Under the pieces are notes generated by a model. It searched no databases. It was given only the letters and a program-made list of their open reading frames with translations, and was not told the origin of the DNA. A DNA stretch of 63,989 nucleotides, counting the filler, from an uncultured bacterium (GTDB taxonomy: Bacteria; DAOPZR01), in NCBI GenBank assembly GCA_964637655.1. It is 7 parts of 7 records of this genome, joined end to end, with 100 filler letters (N's around TTAATTAATTAA, not from the genome) between each part and the next. Parts side by side here need not be neighbours in the genome. Positions count along the whole stretch, not along the records: positions 10,068 to 19,896 come from CAZWUZ010000144.1; positions 19,997 to 29,783 come from CAZWUZ010000145.1; 5 more parts are not named here. One strand, written 5' to 3'. Each line of letters begins with the position of its first letter. The first letter of the stretch is position 1. This document shows positions 10,167 through 19,997 of this stretch, in pieces. A program made the translations under genes and the position numbers.

Positions 10167-11540
10167 ATGGAATTGAAACTGACCGATCTCCTGCGACGTG
10201 AGGAAGGAAAGACACTTGAATTCAAGCGTGATCTCTCCTCGACGGATAAGGTGCTGCAGACGCTGACGGCGTTTGCCAATACCGCCGGCGGTATCCTGCT
10301 GGTCGGAATCGACGATGGCAGCAAAGCGGTGCGCGGGTTGAAACGCCCGGCGGTGGAGGCGGAACGGCTGGCTAACATCATCAGTCATGGCATCGTCCCG
10401 CTCATCACCCCGGCCATTGAGGTTCTGACCTGGCGAAAGACCAACGTGCTGGCAGTCGAGGTGACGGCCTCGTTGTCGCGTCCCTGCCATCTGGTCCGCG
10501 AGGGGCCGGAGCGAGGGATCTATGTCCGGGTTGGCTCGACCAACCGCCGGGCGGATGCGGTGCTGATCGCGGAATTGCGGCGGACGGCAATGCAGCGGAC
10601 CTTTGATGAAGAACCGGCGGCCGGCGCGAACTCGGAAGCGATTGACTTCCGGGCTGCTTCCGGGTTTTTCGCGCCGTATCGCAAACTACGACCGGCAGAT
10701 GGCGAAACACTGGGATTAGCAACGCGTGCCGGGCGGCGGGTTGTTCCGACCAACGGCGGCATCATCCTCTTTGGCCGGCAGCGGGAAAAATACTTCCCGG
10801 ATGCCTGGCTGCAATGCGGGCGGTTCAGCGGGACAAGCAAGGCGCATATCGCCGATACCGCGGAATACCGCGACCATCTGCCAGTGCTGGCCGAACGGGC
10901 GCTGGCGTTCGTGAAAAAACATGCAACGCGCGCGTGGGCAATCCGCGGGGTGCGCCGGACGGAGCAGTGGAGTGTGCCGCTGGTTGCGCTGCGCGAGGCG
11001 GTGATCAACGCGCTGGTTCACGCCGATTATTCCCAACGCGGCGGCCCGATCCGTGTATCGTGTTTCGATGACCGGATTGAGATCGAGAATCCCGGCTTGC
11101 TCCCGTTCGGGCTGCGGACCGAGGACCTGTTTCATGGGGTGTCGGTCATCCGCAACCGGGTCATTGCGCGGGTTTTCAAGGAACTGGAACTGATCGAGCA
11201 ATGGGGGAGCGGGGTCCAGCGGATGCTGGAGTCGTGCACTGCAGCCGGGCTGCCGGCGCCGAATTTCGCCGAGATCGGCTTCCGGTTCCGGGTCACTTTC
11301 CCGCTACATGCCGCGACGCACCCGATCCTCGACGAAAAAGACCGGACAATACTTGCGCTGTTGGCACAAGATGCAGCGGGCATGTCGACGGCAGCATTGT
11401 CACGTCGGGTTGGGCTGACCTTGCCCGCCCTGCGCGCGCGCCTGAAGCGGCTGATAGTCGGTGGCACGGTGGTAGTGGTAGGCAAGGGGCTGAACGATCC
11501 GCGGCGGCGGTATCTGCGCAGGGAAGGGGGCAACCGCTGA
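10167..11540 (+). CDS. Schlafen/AlbA_2 + HATPase_c_4 + wHTH protein
   Basis: EEGKTLEFKR, AFANTAGGILLVGIDD (AlbA_2); ALREAVINALVHADY, DRIEIENPG, RNRVIARVF, IEQWGSG; C-terminal HTH. Confidence 0.88.
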   Translation: MELKLTDLLRREEGKTLEFKRDLSSTDKVLQTLTAFANTAGGILLVGIDDGSKAVRGLKRPAVEAERLANIISHGIVPLITPAIEVLTWRKTNVLAVEVTASLSRPCHLVREGPERGIYVRVGSTNRRADAVLIAELRRTAMQRTFDEEPAAGANSEAIDFRAASGFFAPYRKLRPADGETLGLATRAGRRVVPTNGGIILFGRQREKYFPDAWLQCGRFSGTSKAHIADTAEYRDHLPVLAERALAFVKKHATRAWAIRGVRRTEQWSVPLVALREAVINALVHADYSQRGGPIRVSCFDDRIEIENPGLLPFGLRTEDLFHGVSVIRNRVIARVFKELELIEQWGSGVQRMLESCTAAGLPAPNFAEIGFRFRVTFPLHAATHPILDEKDRTILALLAQDAAGMSTAALSRRVGLTLPALRARLKRLIVGGTVVVVGKGLNDPRRRYLRREGGNR

Positions 11541-11644
11541 TGACGACGGATGGAAAGCCGCATTTCGTTGGCAGTTGCGCCGCTCCGTCAAATCGGGATT
11601 CGTGCGGTGACGAAAACAGCCGGACCTCGGGCCGAGGGGCAACG

Positions 11645-12328
11645 ATGATTGTGCGGTTTCTGGCCGGTGCGTTGACCGCCTGTATGCTGCTGGTCGTATG
11701 CTGCCTGCCCGCGAGCGCCCAACCGGCGGCAGCGCACATAAAAGTGAGCCCCGACGCTGACCGTATTGGCGCATCGTGGGGCGATATGGTCGAAGGGCTG
11801 CAAATGCACGCTGAGTTCGACACGACGTCGCTAACGGTGATCTGCAGGATCCGCAACGGTTGTACCGAAACGGTTGGCTATAACGATTACTTGTTTGGAC
11901 AGTATCGCATGGCATGGGTGGAAATAAAATGTGATACCGGATGGCGGCCGGTAGGAAACGTATGCCAGCCGGCAATCAGTATCGGCCCGCACCGGAAATA
12001 TAACCGCAGTGCGCAACCGGGTGAAGTATTGCCGGTATCGCGAAGGGTATGGCAAAGGGACAATGCTTTGCAGGATACATATACGGAATATACGACGGAC
12101 ACCGTTGTTGTGTGCTTGAAAAATGTTGCCTGGCCCGGAGAAATGGCACGAATGTCATCATTGGAATTCAGGGTGGGTCAAGCGATTTTTTCGACGGTTG
12201 AACTTTCGCGCGACTGGCATTTGCTTATGCTTCGTTCGTCGCCGATCCGGATCAATGATGCAGCGCTGATTGGCAGACTGGCGGCGACGGCAGGAGAGGA
12301 ACCACGGTGGGACTCTTCACACCAGTAA
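11645..12328 (+). CDS. Hypothetical secreted protein
   Basis: Signal-peptide-like N-terminus (MIVRFLAGALTACMLLVVCCLPASA); codon usage less GC-biased than neighbours. Confidence 0.55.
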   Translation: MIVRFLAGALTACMLLVVCCLPASAQPAAAHIKVSPDADRIGASWGDMVEGLQMHAEFDTTSLTVICRIRNGCTETVGYNDYLFGQYRMAWVEIKCDTGWRPVGNVCQPAISIGPHRKYNRSAQPGEVLPVSRRVWQRDNALQDTYTEYTTDTVVVCLKNVAWPGEMARMSSLEFRVGQAIFSTVELSRDWHLLMLRSSPIRINDAALIGRLAATAGEEPRWDSSHQ

Positions 12329-13419
12329 TAACCGGCGACCAGCCGTGGCGGACGGGCGTGCTGCGCCTGCCGCGCGGCGAGGTGCGGACCCCGGTGTTCA
12401 TGCCCGTGGGCACGGCGGCGGCGGTCAAGACATTGACCACTGACGAGGTGCGCGCGCTCGGCTTCGACCTCATATTGGCCAACACCTATCACCTGCACCT
12501 GCGCCCGGGCGAGGAGATGATCGCGCGGCGCGGCGGCCTGCATAAATTCATGGCGTGGGAAGGAAGCATCCTCACCGACTCGGGCGGCTTTCAGGTCTTC
12601 TCGCTCAGCGACCTGCGGAAAATCTCCGAGGAGGGGGTGGAGTTCCGCTCGCATCTTGACGGGAGCAAACTCTTCCTTACCCCGGAGAAGGTGCTCGACA
12701 TCCAGCTCAAGCTCGGGTCGGACATCATCATGCCGCTCGATGTCTGCACGGGACTTCCCGCGACGCGCGACGAGGTGGCGGGGGCAATGCACCGCTCGCT
12801 CAGGTGGCTGGCGCGTGCGCGGCGGCTGGAACGCCCGGCCGGGCGCTTTCTCTTCGGTATCGTGCAGGGCGGACTCGAAACCGACTTGCGGCGCGAGAGC
12901 GCGGCAGGGACGGTGGCGCTCGACTGTGACGGGTATTCCGTCGGCGGACTGTCGGTGGGGGAGAGCAAGGAGGATATGCTGCGCATGCTCGACGTGACGG
13001 TTCCCTGCCTCCCCGCGGACAAGCCCAGATACCTGATGGGGGTGGGAACGCCACCCGACCTGTGGCACGGGGTGGCGCGCGGCATCGATATGTTCGATTG
13101 CGTCCTGCCCACGCGCAACGCGCGCAACGGGCAGGTGTTCACGCCGGCCGGCCCCATGAACATCGGGCGGCAGGAATACGGCGAGGATGACAACCCCGTC
13201 GACGCGGCCTGCGACTGCCCCTGCTGCCGGCGCTACAGCCGCGCCTACCTGCGTCATCTGATGCGCACGGGGGAGATGCTCGGCAAGCGCCTGGCCAGCG
13301 CGCACAACCTGAGGTTCATGGCGCGCACCATCGAGCAGATACGTACCAGCATCACGGCCGGCACGTTTGCCGCCGACTACGCGAACTTTCTGCAGACCTA
13401 CGGAGGAACAAAACAATGA
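12307..13419 (+). CDS. tgt: tRNA-guanine transglycosylase
   Basis: TPVFMPVGT, ILANTYHL, LTDSGGFQVFSL, FGIVQGG, KPRYLMGVG, DMFDCVLPTRNARNG, zinc site CDCPCC...H. Confidence 0.98.
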   Translation: MGLFTPVITGDQPWRTGVLRLPRGEVRTPVFMPVGTAAAVKTLTTDEVRALGFDLILANTYHLHLRPGEEMIARRGGLHKFMAWEGSILTDSGGFQVFSLSDLRKISEEGVEFRSHLDGSKLFLTPEKVLDIQLKLGSDIIMPLDVCTGLPATRDEVAGAMHRSLRWLARARRLERPAGRFLFGIVQGGLETDLRRESAAGTVALDCDGYSVGGLSVGESKEDMLRMLDVTVPCLPADKPRYLMGVGTPPDLWHGVARGIDMFDCVLPTRNARNGQVFTPAGPMNIGRQEYGEDDNPVDAACDCPCCRRYSRAYLRHLMRTGEMLGKRLASAHNLRFMARTIEQIRTSITAGTFAADYANFLQTYGGTKQ

Positions 13420-13775
13420 CGGACTGGTTGATTGGCACAGCATGGGCGGCGGAGGCACCGGTGGGGCAGGCGGCGCCGGAACTCTTTTCGCCGCAGAATA
13501 TCCTGCTCTTCGCGGTGCTCTTCGGCATCTGGTACGTGATGCTGATCCGCCCGCACCGCAAGCGGCAGCAGCAGCAGCAGGAGATGGTCAAGCAGCTGAA
13601 GAAGGGGGACAAGGTGGTCACCATCGGCGGTGTCCACGGCACGGTGCACGCGGTAAAAGAGGAGACAATATCCGTGCGGGTCGACGACAAGTGCATCATC
13701 GAGTTCACCCGCAGCGCAGTGGCACAGGTGGTCAACAATACGGACGCACCTGCCGATAAGGATAGCGGGAAGTAG
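13416..13775 (+). CDS. yajC: Preprotein translocase subunit YajC
   Basis: TM + IRP...LKKGDKVVTIGGVHGTV; directly follows tgt. Confidence 0.95.
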   Translation: MTDWLIGTAWAAEAPVGQAAPELFSPQNILLFAVLFGIWYVMLIRPHRKRQQQQQEMVKQLKKGDKVVTIGGVHGTVHAVKEETISVRVDDKCIIEFTRSAVAQVVNNTDAPADKDSGK

Positions 13776-13851
13776 CGTCACGACGGGTGTCGTGTAACGC
13801 AACGGGCGCCCTGCCGGGTAAAACCGCGGGGCGGGAAATGAGGAACGGGCA

Positions 13852-14985
13852 ATGCGCAATGGCCTGATACTGGCAGGAATGCTCCTGCTGCTGGCGCTGC
13901 CGCTGGCGGCGGCACCGGCACCGGACGCGGCGGCGACCTTCCGCGAGGGGCTCAATGCCTACTTCATGGGCTCCTACGAGGAGGCGGCGGGGTACTTCAC
14001 CCGCGCGGTGGGGCTCAGCGGCACCAACGAGACCTACCGCTACTACCTCGGGCGTACGCATGAGAAGCTCAACCGCCCGGAACGCGCCATCGAGGAGTAC
14101 AAGGCGGTGCTGCGCCTCAAGCCCGACCATATCCCCGCGCGGGTGGCGCTGGGCAACCTCTACTTCGAGCGCAATGCCACGGATCTCGCCATCGAGCAGT
14201 ACCGGGCGCTGGCGGAGCGCAGCCCCGATTACTACCAGGCCTATCACCGGCTCGGGGTTTTGTATCTGAATACGAACAACTTTCCGGAAGCGGAGCGCAA
14301 CCTGCTCAAGGCGGTGGCGATGGAGCCGGCCGACCCGCAGCCGCATTTCCATCTCGGGCGCACCCTCGTGCGGCAGCAGCGCTGGCTCGATGCCATCAAC
14401 CGGCTGACCGAGGCGATTCGCCTCTCCCCCGGCGAGGGGGAGTACTACTACTGGCGCGCCAACGCGCATTACGCGCGCGAGGACTACAACAGCGACAAAG
14501 AAGGGTACTGGCTGTCGGTGGACGACTACAGCACGGCCATCGAACTCGGCTATGCCACCCCGCAATGCTACTTCATGTTCGGCAACACGCAGCTCAACCG
14601 CGCCATCTATCTCGCCAACAACCACCGCGACAAGGAGGGCATCGAGACGCTGAAGACCGCCATCGTGCAGTTCAAGAAGGTCATCGCGCTCGATCCGAAC
14701 GCCTCCAACGCCTTCAACAACCTCGGGCTCGCCTACTTCGCGCTCAAGCGCTACGAGGAGGCGATCAGTTCCTACCAGCGCGCCATCACGCTCGAGCCGA
14801 CGGTGGCGTTCTTCCACGACAATCTCGGGGACGCCTACTTCCAGCAGGGTCAGTTCGCGCGTGCCGTCGAGCAGTGGCGGCTGGTGCAGGAACTGGAACC
14901 GGCCTACGAGCGCTACGGACTGGTGCTCTTCATGCCCGGCGCCTCCGTCGTCGAGAAAATCCGCGAGGCGGAACTCCGCCGGTAG
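13852..14985 (+). CDS. Secreted tetratricopeptide-repeat protein
   Basis: Signal peptide plus many TPRs (e.g. AFNNLGLAYFALKRYEEAISSYQRAITLEP). Confidence 0.9.
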   Translation: MRNGLILAGMLLLLALPLAAAPAPDAAATFREGLNAYFMGSYEEAAGYFTRAVGLSGTNETYRYYLGRTHEKLNRPERAIEEYKAVLRLKPDHIPARVALGNLYFERNATDLAIEQYRALAERSPDYYQAYHRLGVLYLNTNNFPEAERNLLKAVAMEPADPQPHFHLGRTLVRQQRWLDAINRLTEAIRLSPGEGEYYYWRANAHYAREDYNSDKEGYWLSVDDYSTAIELGYATPQCYFMFGNTQLNRAIYLANNHRDKEGIETLKTAIVQFKKVIALDPNASNAFNNLGLAYFALKRYEEAISSYQRAITLEPTVAFFHDNLGDAYFQQGQFARAVEQWRLVQELEPAYERYGLVLFMPGASVVEKIREAELRR

Positions 14986-14986
14986 C

Positions 14987-16054
14987 ATGCTGCGCCGCCT
15001 GCTGCTGACTGTCGCGCTCGCCGCGCTCGCGGCGGGGGCGGTGCGGGCGGTGGAGCCGGGCGTCGAGGTTGCCGGCAGCAGCGGCAGCAGTGACGGCTAC
15101 TCATACGCGGAACTGGATAATCTCGGCAGACCGGGCACGGCACTGCCGACGCGGCCGCAACCCGTCATTGTCACCCCGCCGCCGCCGGTTACTTCGCCCA
15201 CGTCGGAAGGGCGTGTGGTGACGCCCGCGCCGGCACCGCCGCGGCCGCAACCGGCGCCCGTGCCGCCGCGCCCGCAGCCGGTACCGCCGGTGGTCGTGCA
15301 GCCCGTGACGCCGGCACCGCAGCCGGCACCTGCGCCAGCGACTGAACTGCCGCCGCTGCCTGACCTGCCTGCACCGGGTTCCGAACTGCCGGCCGTCAAC
15401 CTTGACAACCTGCCGCCGCTCACTGGCAGCACCATCGACCCGGGCGAACTCGGCTCGCTGCCGCCGCTCGACCTCGTGCCGCCCGCTGACGCCCCCGCGG
15501 CGGTGGTCACGCCTCCGGCCGCTGTCCCAACCGTCGACCGCATGGCGGAAGCGCGGCTGCTGGTCGAGCGCTACGGACGGTATGCCGGCCTCGTCATCGG
15601 TCTGGTGGTGATGGTTGCCGGACTGGTACTGATTGTGCTCTTTACGCGCAACTGGCTGCGGCAGCGCGCCGCGCAGCGCCCTGCAGCGATGCCGCCCGCT
15701 GATGACGGGAGCCACGAAGTGGATGCATTGCTTGCGGCGCTGCCGCCGCTTGAGACAGAACTTGTTGCCGCGCCTCCACCCGCGCCGCGGCGCGCGGCCG
15801 GGCTCGATATCCGCGTCGGGGAAACACCGGCACCATCGGTGGCGCCACCGGTCATGCCTGCTGCTGCTGACCCGCTGCCGACCGCGCCCCCCCCGGAACC
15901 GCCGGCCGGGCGACTGCTGGTCGAGGAGATGAAGTACCGCAAGGTGTATGAACTTGCCGCGCAGGGACTTGGACTGGCCGAAATCGCGCACGCGACCGGC
16001 TTTGGCGAAGGCGAAATCGGGCTGGCGCTCGACTTGCAATCGCTGAAGTCATGA
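14987..16054 (+). CDS. Proline-rich single-pass membrane protein with C-terminal HTH-like domain
   Basis: Signal peptide, Pro-rich linker, TM, then VYELAAQGLGLAEIAHATGFGEGEIGLAL. Confidence 0.7.
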   Translation: MLRRLLLTVALAALAAGAVRAVEPGVEVAGSSGSSDGYSYAELDNLGRPGTALPTRPQPVIVTPPPPVTSPTSEGRVVTPAPAPPRPQPAPVPPRPQPVPPVVVQPVTPAPQPAPAPATELPPLPDLPAPGSELPAVNLDNLPPLTGSTIDPGELGSLPPLDLVPPADAPAAVVTPPAAVPTVDRMAEARLLVERYGRYAGLVIGLVVMVAGLVLIVLFTRNWLRQRAAQRPAAMPPADDGSHEVDALLAALPPLETELVAAPPPAPRRAAGLDIRVGETPAPSVAPPVMPAAADPLPTAPPPEPPAGRLLVEEMKYRKVYELAAQGLGLAEIAHATGFGEGEIGLALDLQSLKS

Positions 16055-16344
16055 TGCATTTCCTGCGGGAATCGCCTGTCGCGCTGGCAGCGGCAGTCAT
16101 GCTTGCCGGCACGGTGCTGCTGTATCTGGGCGTGTTTTGCACCATCCAACTGTGGGGAACGCACGCGCGCGATGCCGCACATCCCTACCCGCTCGAATTC
16201 AGGGGAGCAGACGCCTATTTTGTGGCGCCGGTGCTCTACTACGCGTTCACGTGGGCGGAACCGGCAGGCATGATTTTCCTGGCTATGCTGTTTTGTGCCC
16301 GCCTGCGCTATCAGGCACAAAACCCGTACGAACGCCCCTGGTAG
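16051..16344 (+). CDS. Small hypothetical membrane protein
   Basis: 97 aa, hydrophobic; ATGA overlap with the upstream gene. Confidence 0.55.
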   Translation: MMHFLRESPVALAAAVMLAGTVLLYLGVFCTIQLWGTHARDAAHPYPLEFRGADAYFVAPVLYYAFTWAEPAGMIFLAMLFCARLRYQAQNPYERPW

Positions 16345-16346
16345 AG

Positions 16347-16375
16347 TTGACGTTTGCCGCAAAAGGGTGTATAAT
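16347..16375 (+). promoter_or_regulatory. Sigma70 promoter, probably for a leaderless transcript
   Basis: TTGACG-N17-TATAAT; ATG 6 nt after the -10 box, no SD. Confidence 0.75.
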
Positions 16376-16381
16376 GACGTT

Positions 16382-17179
16382 ATGAAGAAGTGGATGGTTG
16401 GTTTGGTGGTGTGTATCTGCCTCATGGCAGGTGCGGTGTCGGCAGCCGATATCAGTGTCTTTACTGCTACGCTCGCCCGCGCCGGTGGTGCGGTCTCCTT
16501 CATCGAAAAATTCAATAACGTGTCCGCCGCGGTGACGCTGCAGCCCGCGGAGGTGCTGGTCACCGCGGGTGAGGTCTCGTGCCGCTACCGCAATGGCGCC
16601 TGGGATGGCGGTGCGGCGCTGGCGCAGCAGCTGACTGAGCAGCAGGCGGTGCTGCGGCTGCTGGGGTATGACCCGGCCTGGGCGGCGCTGCCGGCGGAAG
16701 CAGTGCGGCGTGACGGCGGTACGGTCACGGTGGCGGCAGCGTATGGCAGCGTGACGGTCAAACTCGACGCGGCGGGACGTATCCTGTCGACACAAACCCC
16801 GCAGCGGAAATTCACCTTTACCTATGCGCCGAATCAGCCGGCAGCCAATCGTGTCACGGTACAGGCGGGGGGAAGCACCCTGCAGGCGCTGCGCACGCAG
16901 ATGCAGTCGGGAGAAGCAGCGGCGTCGTCGGGCTCGGTTTTTGGCGGGTTCGGGTCGCTGCTTGGCTTCGGGTCATCGTCTTCATCGTCGTCGGCCACTG
17001 CGACCGCAGGGGCGCGCGGGCTGGGGACGGAAGCGGACGACGCGTCGTCCGCTGTGGCAGCACCGGAGGCCACTGCGCCGGCGGAAGAAGTGGCCACGAC
17101 AGTCACGCCGGAGGATGTTGACGCGTTCATCACCGAGGGCGGGCTGCACCCGCCTGAGGAACCGGTGACGGCGGAATGA
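16382..17179 (+). CDS. Secreted hypothetical protein (ATAGARGL motif), partner of the M48 protease
   Basis: Signal peptide MKKWMVGLVVCICLMAGAVSA; Ser-rich linker; C-terminal ATAGARGL...VDAFITEGGL. Confidence 0.7.
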   Translation: MKKWMVGLVVCICLMAGAVSAADISVFTATLARAGGAVSFIEKFNNVSAAVTLQPAEVLVTAGEVSCRYRNGAWDGGAALAQQLTEQQAVLRLLGYDPAWAALPAEAVRRDGGTVTVAAAYGSVTVKLDAAGRILSTQTPQRKFTFTYAPNQPAANRVTVQAGGSTLQALRTQMQSGEAAASSGSVFGGFGSLLGFGSSSSSSSATATAGARGLGTEADDASSAVAAPEATAPAEEVATTVTPEDVDAFITEGGLHPPEEPVTAE

Positions 17180-18003
17180 AGGCGCTGCTCACCCTCCTGC
17201 TGCTGGCCGGGCCGCTCTGTGCCGGGGCGCAGGCGTGGAGTTTCGATATCGGCAGTGCCATCGGCACGGTGGTCAATGTTGCACAGAATGTTTCGGTGAG
17301 TGATGAGCAGGAAATCGCCATCGGGCAGGCGGTGGCGCAGCAGCTGCTCGCGGAACGCGGCTTGTACGCCGACGCCCGGGCGCAGCGCTACGTCAACCTT
17401 GTCGGCTTCTCTGTGCTGCGTTCACTCCCCGCCCGCGAATTGCCGTACTCGTTCGCCATCCTCGACTGTCCCGAGGTCAACGCCTATGCCTGCCCGGGCG
17501 GCCCCGTCTTCATCACGCGCGGGCTGTGGGAGCAGGTGGCGTCGGAAGCGGAACTGGCGGGGGTTATCGGGCATGAACTGGCGCATATCGCGCAGCGGCA
17601 TGCCATCAGCGAAGTGCAGAAGGCGAATATGCTCGGGGCGGTCTCGCAGGAGGCGCTCAGCCAGACCGGCTACGGCGCCTACGCCCCGGTCGCCGACTTC
17701 ATCGTCAACGATCTCTTCACCAAGGGCTTCAGTCGCAGCGCGGAACTCGAGGCGGACAAACTCGGGACGGCGTACGCTGCCGCGCTGGGCTACTACCCGG
17801 CGGCGTTGCAGGAGTTTCTCGACCGCTGCCTGGGTGGCGGTACGGCGCCGGCGGGGGTCGGGCAGCTCTTCAGCACGCATCCCGCGGTGCCCGACCGCGT
17901 GGCCGCACTGCAGGAGCAGCTGGCGCTGCTGCCTGAGGATGCAGCGCAGCGGCCGCAACTCGTCGAGCGGTTGCTTGCCTGGCGGAGTGTTCCCGCCGAG
18001 TGA
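17176..18003 (+). CDS. M48 family zinc metalloprotease
   Basis: VNAYACPGG, ELAGVIGHELAH (HExxH), FSRSAELEAD, STHP. Confidence 0.92.
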   Translation: MKALLTLLLLAGPLCAGAQAWSFDIGSAIGTVVNVAQNVSVSDEQEIAIGQAVAQQLLAERGLYADARAQRYVNLVGFSVLRSLPARELPYSFAILDCPEVNAYACPGGPVFITRGLWEQVASEAELAGVIGHELAHIAQRHAISEVQKANMLGAVSQEALSQTGYGAYAPVADFIVNDLFTKGFSRSAELEADKLGTAYAAALGYYPAALQEFLDRCLGGGTAPAGVGQLFSTHPAVPDRVAALQEQLALLPEDAAQRPQLVERLLAWRSVPAE

Positions 18004-18557
18004 AGTGGGAAGCGCCGCGTGAGAATGACGCGGCGATTGTTGCCGCGCAGTTGCAGCGGCAGCTGCTGGCGGTACCCGGGGGCATTGTGCAGCGCTGCTC
18101 CCGCGACTGCCCGCAGGTGGTCGCTACCGCCCCGCTCCTCGCGGACGGGCAGGACGGTATCTTCCCGACGTTATTCTGGCTGACCTGTCCGCGACTGGCA
18201 GGAACTGTGGCGTGCCTTGAAGCGGATGGCTGGCTGGCGCGGCTGCAGGGACTGCTTGATAACGATATGGAGTTCCGCGATGCGCTCCTGCAGGCGCATC
18301 AGGAATATGCCTATCTGCGGCGTCGCACCCTCGGGCGCGACGCCTATGCGCAGCTGCGCGCACGCGCGGCCGGACGCGCTGCCGTCATTGACGGCACGGG
18401 CGTGGGCGGCTCGCGCGATATGCGGCACCTCAAGTGCCTGCACGCGCATTATGCGCATTACCTGGCGACGAAGGCCAATCCCGTCGGCCGGATGCTCGAC
18501 GCGGTGCTGCGGACCCAACCGTCCGCGCGCTGCCGCGAGTGCCGCCCGGCGGAATGA
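18000..18557 (+). CDS. DUF501 family protein
   Basis: FPTLFWLTCPRL, LEADG, GVGG...LKCLHAHYAHYLA, NPVG. Confidence 0.85.
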   Translation: MKWEAPRENDAAIVAAQLQRQLLAVPGGIVQRCSRDCPQVVATAPLLADGQDGIFPTLFWLTCPRLAGTVACLEADGWLARLQGLLDNDMEFRDALLQAHQEYAYLRRRTLGRDAYAQLRARAAGRAAVIDGTGVGGSRDMRHLKCLHAHYAHYLATKANPVGRMLDAVLRTQPSARCRECRPAE

Positions 18558-18609
18558 CCCGCCGCCCCAACCAGCCCCTCCGCAAAAAAAAAACGAAGGA
18601 CACAGGTGT

Positions 18610-19896
18610 ATGGAAACGACTGAGATGGGCGGCGCTGCTGACAGCGCGCCGAAGAAGAAACGCCGCGGCAAGCGCGGCGGGCGGCGGCATCGCCGCAGCG
18701 GCAGCAATGCCATCGGGGCGGCAACCGCCCCGGCGGCGCCGGCAGCACCGGCGGCATCGGCTGCAAAACCAGCGACGGAAAATGCTGACGGCACGAAACG
18801 CAAACGCCGCGGCAAGCGCGGCGGACGGCGGCATCGCCGCGACGGCAGCGCCATCACGGAGGCAGTGACTGCCCCGGTGGCGGCACCGGTAGCGGCGCCA
18901 CCGGCGGAAAAGAAACCGACGCGGCGTGGCGGGCGGAAACCTCGCGGCAGCAGTGTCGCGTCGACGGTGGCAGCTGAACCGCGCCAGCCGCGGACACGTA
19001 CCGCGGGAGGACGGCCGGTACGCACCCGGACTGCCGGCGCCGGTCCCGCGCGGACCCGTGGCGGGCGCAAGCCGAAGGCGGAGGTCTTTATCGACGCTGC
19101 CGCGATGCAGGATGTGATGATCGAGGCGGGTGTCACCAGCCTGTCGTCCGACATCAATATCGCACCACTGGAAATTGTCATCCCCGACATGCAGGTGCGC
19201 AAGCAGAGCCCCGCGGTCCGGGCTGCGCTTGAACGCCGCGACCGCGGGCCGCGCGACCTGCGTCCGCAGGGGGGCGACCGTCTGCGGACGCTGAGCCGTA
19301 CAGACGAACTGGCGCTCTACGCGCTCGACAGTGATTCGCCCGTGACGCAGCTGGTGGCGAGCACGCCCGAAACCCGCGCGCTTTGCAACCGCCCGGAAAT
19401 CATCGGGCTGCCCGTTACCGCGGCGCTGCGCACCGCGCTCACCCGGGTGCTGGCGCGGCATGCCGACCTCGGGCTGGCGGCCCCGGCTGCCGGCGAGGCG
19501 GGACTGCTCACCATCATGCGCGGCGGCATGACCTTCGGCCTGCGCGAGGCGCTCGCTGACAGCTGCGGGCTCGATCGCGCGACGCTGTCATTTGTCACCG
19601 CCGAGCGTTTCCGCGACGGCGGGCAGTGGCGCATCCGCCAGGACCAGTACCGTTCCTATGCGCTCCCCGCACGCGGGGTGCTCTATCTTGCCGATGTCGT
19701 GGCCACGGGCACCACCCTCGGGCATGTGCTTGACCAGCTGCTTCCCGTGCTGCGCAGCAGCGGCACGCAGCTGCGCGCGCTGGTGGTCTTCACCATCGGC
19801 AGCGCCGCGGCGGAAAAGGCGCTCGCACGCTTCCATAAGCGGGCGCAGCAGGAACTTGGGCAGTGCTATGAGCGTACCGTGCTGGTCTACCTGGAA
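18610..19896 (+). CDS. Phosphoribosyltransferase-fold protein with long Arg-rich N-terminus (3' truncated)
   Basis: LTIMRGG and LADVVATGTTL (PRPP-binding loop); two KRRGKRGGRRHRR repeats at the N-terminus. Confidence 0.7.
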
Positions 19897-19996
19897 NNNN
19901 NNNNNNNNNNNNNNNNNNNNNNNNNNNNNNNNNNNNNNNNTTAATTAATTAANNNNNNNNNNNNNNNNNNNNNNNNNNNNNNNNNNNNNNNNNNNN
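19897..19996. other. Artificial contig linker
   Basis: N run with TTAATTAATTAA. Confidence 0.99.
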
Positions 19997-19997
19997 A

